From Sphingorhabdus sp. (lineage in GTDB: Bacteria > Pseudomonadota > Alphaproteobacteria > Sphingomonadales > Sphingomonadaceae), in NCBI RefSeq assembly GCF_036721295.1, contig NZ_DAIMLK010000014.1: a DNA stretch of 64,000 nucleotides; one strand, written 5' to 3'. Under the pieces are notes generated by a model. That model did not search any database, was not told the DNA's origin, and saw only the letters and a list, made by a program, of their open reading frames with translations. Positions 44,579 to 52,305 of this stretch are shown here, one piece after another; position 1 is the first letter of the stretch, and each line of letters begins with the position of its first letter. Both the position numbers and the translations under genes were made by a program.

Positions 44579-46587
44579 GCAGAAAAAGCCGCGCGGATGG
44601 CCGCGAATAGGTCCGCATATGCGCTGTCGGCGCGGGTAAAGACAGGTGGCTGACCGTTCGGCGCAGCGATGTCATGCGTGCCTTTGCCATAGGCCTTGCC
44701 CGACCAGAGATGGACCCAGTCGCCATCGGGTATCACTACAGGGCGGCTCTCTTGGCCTTGCTCAACCACCGGTGCGACGATCATGTCAGCACCATAAAGA
44801 TATTGGTCCTGAATGTCGAAATATGCGGGGTCATCATAATGCAGGAATAAGGGCCGTTGCAGCGGCAGGCCAGTTGCCAATGCTTCGTCGCACAATGCGC
44901 GGACATAAGGCGCAAGCTGCGCATGGACTTGGCTCATCCGCGCAAAATGGCTCAGGATTTCGGGGCTGCTGTCGAGTTGCAAATTGTCCGCGGGGCGGTT
45001 GCCCTCATGGCTGCGCATCACGGGCGCAAAGGCAGCAAGGTCGATCCAGCGGTGCATAAGCTCCGCCGTCCGCACGACGCCGTGCAGGCTGGTATAGCCG
45101 CCCAAGTCGCTATGATGATAGGCGTTGCCCAACAGGCCCGATGACAAAGCGGCCGTTATCACCGTGTTGATGCCATCATGGCGCGTGAAATCCACACTTT
45201 GGTCGCCCGCCCATAATAAGGGGCAATGCGCCTGAACGCCCGAAAAACCTGCGCGCATGAAGAAGGTGGCGTCATGGGTCTTGCCGCGTGACGCGATCGC
45301 ATCTGCGTTTACCTTCGCCCATAAAACGGGCCAGCGATTATGCGCCTCCATCGGGTCAGAGCCGTCGAACAAGCGCACATCGGTTGGCAGATACTCGCCA
45401 AAATCGGCCATCCATCCTGACAGCCCGAAATCGAGCATTTCTTGGCCGATGATACGGTCGGCAAACCAATTGGCGGCGTCAGGATTGGTGAAATCCACGA
45501 CGCCAGCGTCAAATTCGCCGAAGTCGACGGCATAGACGTCGTCGCTGTCTTGCCGCAGCGCCAGATAATTATTGGCCAGCGCCTCTTGATAGAGTGCGCC
45601 ATCCACCGCCAGATAGGGGTTCACATAGCCCAAAAAGCGGATGCCCCGTTTGGCGAGCGAAGCTATCTGTGCAGGAAGATCAGGATAGCGCGCCGCGTTC
45701 CATTTCCAGTCCCAGAACAAGCGTTTGCCAAAACTGGTTTGGCGGATGCCTACCCAATCTTCGCACCACAGCCCCGAAAGGGCCGCGCCAGAGGCGGCAA
45801 TGGTCTCGAAGCGATCAAATGTATCCACGCCATCTTTCAGGCCGACAATCGCACCGGAAATGGCCCAGTCGGGCAAAGGCGGCTGGCGGCCGAAACGGTC
45901 GGATAATCTGGTCATCAGATCGGGTAGCGATGGCGCTTCAAACAATTCTAAATCGACATTGGCCGACCAGCATTCGATGCCCACCCGGCCCGCTTCAGAC
46001 AGGTCGAGTACCGAATAAGTCGTTGTTTCGAGGTGTACTGCATAACGCGCACTGCTTACCCATGTTGGCTGCGGATAATTGGTGGTCCAATAATCACCGC
46101 CCGCCATGCCATCTGCATCCATGGTCTGGGTAAGCGCGGTCGATTTATCGCGGCCAACCCCAGGCTCCGACGTCCAGAATGGAAAGCGTCGTCCGTTCAG
46201 CCGCAAATAGGACATTTGCTCCCCGCCGCCCCAAAAGGCTTCGGGCGTTGCGCACTGCATATCTACCCAAAGCCGGTTGACGGCTGGATCGCTGCAGCGA
46301 AATGTGAGGATGGTTTGCTGCGCCTTTTCCTCAAGCACCAGCGTTGCGACAATGTCGGGTCGCTTTGCGTTCCAAAGGCGGATACAACCGTCAACTTGGG
46401 CGGCGCAGTCCAGCTTCAATCGTGTTTCAACGATGTCGTCGATGCGAAAATTGCCACGAACCATTTCCAAATCAGGCGAGCCAACGCCAATGCTGATAGC
46501 AGGCGCACCCGCGCGATGTGACAGCATGCAGTTGTTATCGCGCAGTAGGTCAAAGCCGTCTGTTTGCATGATGACTTTAAATGGCAA
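44575..46587 (-). CDS. yihQ: GH31 sulfoquinovosidase (YihQ/SmoI family)
   Basis: 670 aa with a TTG start preceded by GAGAGGGA (alternative ATG at 46569). It is block-by-block collinear with my recollection of E. coli YihQ. Matching blocks are GNFRIDD, GGGEQMSYLRLNGRRFPFWTSEPGVGRDK, AGGDYWTTNYPQPTW, GRQPPLPDW and WCEDWVGIRQTSFGKRLFWDWKWN (the R-x-x-W sulfonate pocket). Further blocks are GWMADFGEYLPTD (nucleophile Asp), LWAGDQSVDF (acid/base), HHSDLGGYT and MRSHEGNRP. Confidence 0.85.
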   Translation of the reverse strand: MPFKVIMQTDGFDLLRDNNCMLSHRAGAPAISIGVGSPDLEMVRGNFRIDDIVETRLKLDCAAQVDGCIRLWNAKRPDIVATLVLEEKAQQTILTFRCSDPAVNRLWVDMQCATPEAFWGGGEQMSYLRLNGRRFPFWTSEPGVGRDKSTALTQTMDADGMAGGDYWTTNYPQPTWVSSARYAVHLETTTYSVLDLSEAGRVGIECWSANVDLELFEAPSLPDLMTRLSDRFGRQPPLPDWAISGAIVGLKDGVDTFDRFETIAASGAALSGLWCEDWVGIRQTSFGKRLFWDWKWNAARYPDLPAQIASLAKRGIRFLGYVNPYLAVDGALYQEALANNYLALRQDSDDVYAVDFGEFDAGVVDFTNPDAANWFADRIIGQEMLDFGLSGWMADFGEYLPTDVRLFDGSDPMEAHNRWPVLWAKVNADAIASRGKTHDATFFMRAGFSGVQAHCPLLWAGDQSVDFTRHDGINTVITAALSSGLLGNAYHHSDLGGYTSLHGVVRTAELMHRWIDLAAFAPVMRSHEGNRPADNLQLDSSPEILSHFARMSQVHAQLAPYVRALCDEALATGLPLQRPLFLHYDDPAYFDIQDQYLYGADMIVAPVVEQGQESRPVVIPDGDWVHLWSGKAYGKGTHDIAAPNGQPPVFTRADSAYADLFAAIRAAFSA

Positions 46588-46801
46588 CTTTCATCCCTCT
46601 CGCCGTTTCGAACCGGTTACTATGACAACATTGCAACAGTCCCGACTTAAAAATCGTCGTCATATGACACCGCTAGACATATTGAGTCAATCTGGTAACA
46701 ACCCCGCCATTGCTAAGGTATGTCCCCACATAGCTTTTATTGCTTGAGTAAACTCAAGTGATTTGGTTGAGAAGCGGACGGCCATTTTTAGGGAGGTACA
46801 T

Positions 46802-49195
46802 ATGATGTTCAGTTCTGAATTTAAGAAATCGTCTTTCGTCCGCGCTTCATTGTTCGCAAGCGCCGCAATCATGGCAGGTGTCAGCCTGCCTGCGGTGGCG
46901 CAGACCGCTCCTGCAGAAGATGATTCTGCCAATGCAGAAATCATCGTAACCGCGCAGAAGCGTGAAGAGCGTTTGCAGGATATTCCGCTCGCCGTATCCG
47001 TTGTTGGCGGAGAGGCTGTGGCCAATAATGGCGGCATCACGCTTGAAAATGCCCAGTATCTTGTTCCAAGCTTAAACTTCCGCAAGGCGGGTACGTCACT
47101 GAACCAGGCATTGTTCCTGCGCGGCGTTGGCACCATCAACTTCTCGATTGCTGCTGAACCATCGGTCGCTGCTGTTCTCGACGGTGTCGTCTTGAGCCGC
47201 GCTGGTGAAGGCTTCACGGATTTGTTCGACGTTGAGCGTATCGAAGTTTTGCGCGGACCGCAGGGCACATTGTTCGGAAAGAACGCGTCCGCTGGTGTCG
47301 TAAGCATCGTGACGAAGCGTCCGACGGCTGAATATGGCGCGACGGTTGAAGGTTCATTTTTCACGAAATCCGAATATCGCGGTCGTGCGACGGTTAACTT
47401 GCCGCTTGGCGCCCATGTGCGTTCGCGCTTCACCGGATTTTACGGAAGCTATGACGGCAACGTTAACAATCTGACCACTGGCAAAAAGGTCAATGGCTAT
47501 GAACATTATAGTGTTCGTGGAGCTATTGAAGCCGACGTTAGCGAAAAAGTAATGCTGACGCTGCGCGCCGATTACCGCAAAGCCGATGATGATTGCTGTG
47601 CCGAAATTATTGGCAACACGCCAACCAATGCTGCCGCTCTCGCGCTGGTTGGAACTGGCTTCGATCGTTCGGATTCACGCAACATTCGGCAAAACCTCGT
47701 CACCGCGACGAAGGAAGAAAGCTGGGGCATCGCGCTGCAAGCAGACGTTGAATTGGGCGATCATAGTCTGACTTCGATCACCAGCTATCGTGGTTGGGAC
47801 AATACTGAAATCCGCGATGGTGACTGGCTCGACCGGCCCTATGTTGGTTTGAACCAATTGCACGATAATGGCCCGCAAACATCGAACACCTTTAGCCAAG
47901 AAGTTCGGATTGCTTCGCCGACCGGCGAATTCCTCGAATATGTTGTTGGGGCATATTATTCGAAGGCGGAGTCGGACCGTACATTTACGCGCAATGTGAT
48001 TACATGTTCAGCATCAACGCTTGCTGCGGTTGTGCCGGGCCTCACACCTTGTTCAACGGCTGCAGGGGCGTCGACGATCACAACCCCTGCCGGAACGGCT
48101 GACTTTGGTTCGACATTCAAAAACATGTCGGTATTTGGTCAGGCGACGTTCAACCTATCGGACAGCCTGCGTTTGATTGGTGGCTTGCGCTACACAGATG
48201 ACGAATTGGATGTAAACCATGTCCGCCGGACCTCGCTCGCAGGTCCAGGTGTGCAACCAAATTTTGACGCGGGCGTTTACAATAATGGTCTTGTGGCAAC
48301 AGCCCCGGCAACAGGCTTTGTCGCAGGCGCGTCGAACGGTGTTCCTTTCACCACAAGCACGAGCAACACTAACGTTTCGGGTAAGGCAGCCGTTCAGGCG
48401 GACCTCACGGAAAACAATATGGCTTATGCAAGCTATACCCGTGGTTATAAAGGCCCAGCCTACAATATATTCTACAACCTAACGACGCCGGGCGCTGGTG
48501 TTATCGCACCAGAAACGGTCAACGCGTATGAAGTGGGTTTGAAAAATACGTTCCTTGACGGCGACCTGATTGTTAACCTCGCGGCATATTATGCCAAGTA
48601 TAACAATTATCAGGCAAACAGCCCCGATTTCGTGGCCGGTGTGCGTACCACACGCCTGACAAATGCTGGTTCGGTCTCCACCAAGGGTTTCGAACTGGAC
48701 TTTGTCGCCACCCCTTTGCGTAACTTTACCCTTTCGGGCGGCGTTGCTTACAACAAGGCGCAGGTTGAGAATTTCCGTTTGCCACCGGGTGCCGATGCAT
48801 CACAATTGGTTGCCAAGGGCACGCCGCTCGCGAATGCTCCAAAATGGAAAATGGCGTTTGGTGCGCAATATGATATCGAAACGTCGGGTTTTGCGAATAT
48901 CGAATTGGGAAGCCAGATCGCAATGCAGTCAGACCAGATTTACGAAGCAAGTGCGAACCCGGCCGTTCGCCTTGGTTCGACGGTAGATGGCTACGCGATT
49001 GTCGACTTGTCGGCAGCTCTGGTTGATCCCAATGATGGCTGGCGTCTGGCGTTTCAGGTTAAGAATCTGTTCGATAAAAGCTTTGCATCCTCGATTGTAT
49101 CGGGTGGCCCTGGCGGTGCATATCGCTACATCATCCCCCGCGAGGCGGACCGTTATTTTGGCGTAACAGCGAAGATCAATTTCGGCGCGAAATAA
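46802..49195 (+). CDS. TonB-dependent receptor
   Basis: 797 aa from the ATG at 46802, with RBS GGGAGG at 46791-46796. It has a signal peptide (AGVSLPAVAQ), the plug motif IIVTAQKREERLQDIPLAVSVV, and a long beta-barrel ending in an aromatic-rich C-terminus. Confidence 0.9.
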   Translation: MMFSSEFKKSSFVRASLFASAAIMAGVSLPAVAQTAPAEDDSANAEIIVTAQKREERLQDIPLAVSVVGGEAVANNGGITLENAQYLVPSLNFRKAGTSLNQALFLRGVGTINFSIAAEPSVAAVLDGVVLSRAGEGFTDLFDVERIEVLRGPQGTLFGKNASAGVVSIVTKRPTAEYGATVEGSFFTKSEYRGRATVNLPLGAHVRSRFTGFYGSYDGNVNNLTTGKKVNGYEHYSVRGAIEADVSEKVMLTLRADYRKADDDCCAEIIGNTPTNAAALALVGTGFDRSDSRNIRQNLVTATKEESWGIALQADVELGDHSLTSITSYRGWDNTEIRDGDWLDRPYVGLNQLHDNGPQTSNTFSQEVRIASPTGEFLEYVVGAYYSKAESDRTFTRNVITCSASTLAAVVPGLTPCSTAAGASTITTPAGTADFGSTFKNMSVFGQATFNLSDSLRLIGGLRYTDDELDVNHVRRTSLAGPGVQPNFDAGVYNNGLVATAPATGFVAGASNGVPFTTSTSNTNVSGKAAVQADLTENNMAYASYTRGYKGPAYNIFYNLTTPGAGVIAPETVNAYEVGLKNTFLDGDLIVNLAAYYAKYNNYQANSPDFVAGVRTTRLTNAGSVSTKGFELDFVATPLRNFTLSGGVAYNKAQVENFRLPPGADASQLVAKGTPLANAPKWKMAFGAQYDIETSGFANIELGSQIAMQSDQIYEASANPAVRLGSTVDGYAIVDLSAALVDPNDGWRLAFQVKNLFDKSFASSIVSGGPGGAYRYIIPREADRYFGVTAKINFGAK

Positions 49196-49221
49196 GCTCA
49201 ACTGTAAACTTTAAAATCAAA

Positions 49222-49257
49222 AGGCTGGAATCCATATCGGGTCCCGGCCTTTTTTTG
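49222..49257 (+). terminator. Probable rho-independent terminator after the TonB-dependent receptor gene
   Basis: AGGCTGG ... CCGGCCT form 7 bp (one G-U) with a 15-nt loop, followed by T7 at 49251-49257. Confidence 0.55.
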
Positions 49258-49394
49258 GCTAAAGCTTTGCGCCACTCAAGCACGGACGGGTGGTGTAAGA
49301 CCATGAGCAGCCGGCCCGTTCGTGCCCGTTTCCAGAAATTTGATAACCCGGTCGCCGTGCCATATGTGCGCCACCCCTTTCTCTTTTGTACGTT

Positions 49395-50327
49395 ATGCGC
49401 CATATCGCCGTTATGGAATGGCCCGACACGATTAAAGCAGGCGAAACTGAACAGCATGAGCCGCTTGTGCGGCGCGTTCTGGCGCCTAATGCCTCGCCTT
49501 ATACCTATACGGGCACGCAGACGTGGATCGTCGGCAAAAAAACAGACGTTGCTATCATCGACCCTGGCCCTGTGGGAAGCGGGCAAAGCGTTGGTGACCC
49601 CGCAGACATTCATGGCGAAGGCCATGTAGAGGCGATCTTGCGCGCAGTGGGCGATGCAAAAGTCACCGCGATCCTGTGCACGCATACCCACCGCGATCAT
49701 TCGCCCGCAGCCGCGCCATTGAAAGTCGCAACAGGCGCGCAGATTATTGGCTGCGCGCCTTTGGTGCTGCGCGATGATGGCCCGCGCGCCGACAGCGCCT
49801 TTGATCCCGATTATCACCCAGATCGCATCCTGAAGGACGCACATGCCATTTCAGGCGATGGTTGGACGTTGGAGGCCGTGGCGACGCCGGGACACACGAG
49901 TAACCATCTCTGCTTTGCATTGCGTGAAAGCGGGGCGTTGTTCACTGGCGACCATGTGATGAAATGGTCGACAAGCGTTGTCAGTCCGCCCGATGGCGAT
50001 ATGAGCGATTATCTGGCGAGCTTGCAGAAATTATATGAACGGGACGACCGCGTCTATTATCCGGCACATGGCCCAGCGGTAAACAATCCGCGCCAGCTTG
50101 TGCGCGGGATGATTGGCCATCGCCGGCAACGTGAACGCCAGATCGTGACCTTGCTGGAGGGCGGCGAGGGGTACATTCCCAATATGGTGGCCGTTATGTA
50201 TAAAGGCCTTGATCCGCGCCTGATCGGCGCTGCTGGGCGCTCGGTTCTTGCGCATCTCATTGATTTGCAAAATCAGGGGCGTGTGGCGGCACAAGGTGAT
50301 GGCTGGCATCTTATAGTACAAGCTTGA
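49395..50327 (+). CDS. MBL-fold metallo-hydrolase (LACTB2-like)
   Basis: I chose the ATG at 49395. It has the metal motif HTHRDHS and later GDH / PGHT contexts, plus a C-terminal winged-helix-like tail. Confidence 0.8.
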   Translation: MRHIAVMEWPDTIKAGETEQHEPLVRRVLAPNASPYTYTGTQTWIVGKKTDVAIIDPGPVGSGQSVGDPADIHGEGHVEAILRAVGDAKVTAILCTHTHRDHSPAAAPLKVATGAQIIGCAPLVLRDDGPRADSAFDPDYHPDRILKDAHAISGDGWTLEAVATPGHTSNHLCFALRESGALFTGDHVMKWSTSVVSPPDGDMSDYLASLQKLYERDDRVYYPAHGPAVNNPRQLVRGMIGHRRQRERQIVTLLEGGEGYIPNMVAVMYKGLDPRLIGAAGRSVLAHLIDLQNQGRVAAQGDGWHLIVQA

Positions 50328-50394
50328 AAGCCGCTTATAGGGGTGGTATTGATGAGCGCGTGTAGTCAAGTCTCTATTTGGAGGAAGGCGTCGC

Positions 50395-51159
50395 ATGGCT
50401 ACTTTGGGTGGGGCACAATCGCGCGCAAGTGACGCCGATAATTTTTTCCGCATACTTGCGATAATCATGGCCTTCACGGTCGTTGCGGGTTTTTCAGTTC
50501 AGTATCTCGCCGGACGATCCAGCTTTGGTGCGCGAACGCTTGTGCATGTGCATGGGCTTGCCTTCATGGCCTGGGTCGGCCTGTTTGTCGCGCAGGCGTG
50601 GCTGGCAACGCATGGGCCGATTTCGCTGCACCGGCGCTTGGGCTGGATATTGGTCCTTGTGCTGCTGGGCAGCGTCATCACCATTGACGTTATTCAGCGT
50701 GGGACGACGCCATTTTTCTTTCAACCGCAGAATTTCCTGATTGCCAACCCGTTCTCCGCGATCATGTTTGCGGCGCTTGCATGGACCGCTATCCGCCTTC
50801 GTCGGCACACTGACTGGCATATGCGCCTGCACATTTGTGCGATGACGACCATCATTGGGCCTGCATTTGGCCGGTTGTTGCCGATGCCCTTGCTCATACC
50901 CTACGCATTTGAGATGGCCGGGATTGTTAGCCTTGTTTTTCCGGTTGCCGGAATTGTCCATGATCTGCGCAAGTATGGCCACGTGCATCCTGCATGGTAT
51001 TGGGGCATCGCGGCGGTTCTGTCGGTAATTCCGGTGTCGCACATTGTTGCGAATTCGGCGTTGGGTGACGCGATCTATGCTGCGGTCACGGCGGGACATC
51101 CCGGTGCAGACGTTCCCGGCATGGAATTTGCCCCGCCACTGACAATCCCTTCAAGCTAG
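50395..51159 (+). CDS. Hypothetical integral membrane protein (about 6 TM)
   Basis: 254 aa with alternating hydrophobic segments. No family recognised. Confidence 0.55.
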   Translation: MATLGGAQSRASDADNFFRILAIIMAFTVVAGFSVQYLAGRSSFGARTLVHVHGLAFMAWVGLFVAQAWLATHGPISLHRRLGWILVLVLLGSVITIDVIQRGTTPFFFQPQNFLIANPFSAIMFAALAWTAIRLRRHTDWHMRLHICAMTTIIGPAFGRLLPMPLLIPYAFEMAGIVSLVFPVAGIVHDLRKYGHVHPAWYWGIAAVLSVIPVSHIVANSALGDAIYAAVTAGHPGADVPGMEFAPPLTIPSS

Positions 51160-51242
51160 CCTTGTTTCGTGCGTCTAAATCGACCACATAGGCGTTCATT
51201 TCAGCTGCCGGAATAGGTTCGGCATGGCAAAGGTATATCGGT

Positions 51243-52235
51243 ATGAACGCCCCAACGCCCGGCGAAAATTTGCAAGGCCTTGATCTGCTTGCAGAAATCA
51301 CACGGCTAAAAAAAGAACGAAATGCCGTCATTCTCGCGCATTATTATCAAAAGCCCGAGATTCAGGACTTGGCGGACTTTGTGGGCGATAGTCTTGAGTT
51401 GAGCAAGCGCGCGGCAGAGACCGACGCCGACGTCATTGCCTTTTGCGGCGTAAAATTCATGGCGGAAACCGCAAAGATTTTAAGTCCGCAAAAAACCGTC
51501 ATACTGCCGGACATGGCCGCTGGCTGTTCATTGGAAGATGCCTGCCCGCCCGGTAAGTTCAAGGCGTTTCGTGCGGCCCATCCTGACCATATCGCGTTGA
51601 CTTACATCAACTGTTCTGCCGAGGTGAAGGCGCTTTCGGATATCATCGTCACCAGTAGCAGCGCCGAAACGATCCTGAGCCAAATTCCGCCAGACCAGAA
51701 AATCATTTTTGGTCCTGACCGGCATTTGGGCGGCTATCTTGCCCGCAAGTTCAACCGTGAGATGCTGTTGTGGCCGGGTGTATGCATTGTGCATGAGGCA
51801 TTTTCGGAAACCGAACTGCTGAAGCTGAAGGCCCAATATCCGGGCGTTCCTGTTGCCGCGCACCCTGAATGTCCGCCGCATATCATCGACCATTCTGATT
51901 ATGTCGGCAGCACAAGCGGCATCTTGCAATATGCGCAGACGATGGAGGGGGATGTTTTGATCGTCGCCACGGAGCCGCACATTATACATCAGATGGAAAA
52001 GGCGGAACCAAGCAAGACGTTCATCGGCGCACCGGGTGCAGACGGCAACTGTGCGTGCAATATCTGCCCTTATATGGCGCTCAATACGATGGAGAAACTT
52101 TATCTTGCGCTGCGCGATTTGACTCCGCAGATCGAGCTTGATGAAACCGTTCGATTAGGCGCAAAAAAGAGCCTTGATCGGATGCTAGAGATGGCAAGCG
52201 GAACAGTCGGTAAGGGCGATCTCGGTAGGGCGTGA
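51243..52235 (+). CDS. nadA: Quinolinate synthase
   Basis: 330 aa with motifs ILAHYYQ and FCGVKFMAET and conserved Cys positions for the 4Fe-4S cluster (CSL..., CIVHE, CPYM). Confidence 0.95.
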   Translation: MNAPTPGENLQGLDLLAEITRLKKERNAVILAHYYQKPEIQDLADFVGDSLELSKRAAETDADVIAFCGVKFMAETAKILSPQKTVILPDMAAGCSLEDACPPGKFKAFRAAHPDHIALTYINCSAEVKALSDIIVTSSSAETILSQIPPDQKIIFGPDRHLGGYLARKFNREMLLWPGVCIVHEAFSETELLKLKAQYPGVPVAAHPECPPHIIDHSDYVGSTSGILQYAQTMEGDVLIVATEPHIIHQMEKAEPSKTFIGAPGADGNCACNICPYMALNTMEKLYLALRDLTPQIELDETVRLGAKKSLDRMLEMASGTVGKGDLGRA

Positions 52236-52305
52236 TAGGCTGATGACGAGGTGTATCAAATATATACTCGCCTTCACCGTTATATCGATATAATACAGCC
52301 CAGCT

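Noticed and set aside
46687-47433. A 248-aa minus-strand ORF across the start of the TonB-dependent receptor.
   Set aside because: It is antisense to a gene with a clear signal peptide and plug motif. It has low-complexity Ser/Ala/Thr content and no RBS.
49176-49844. A 222-aa minus-strand ORF.
   Set aside because: It is antisense to the MBL-fold hydrolase gene and runs through a terminator. No motifs are present.
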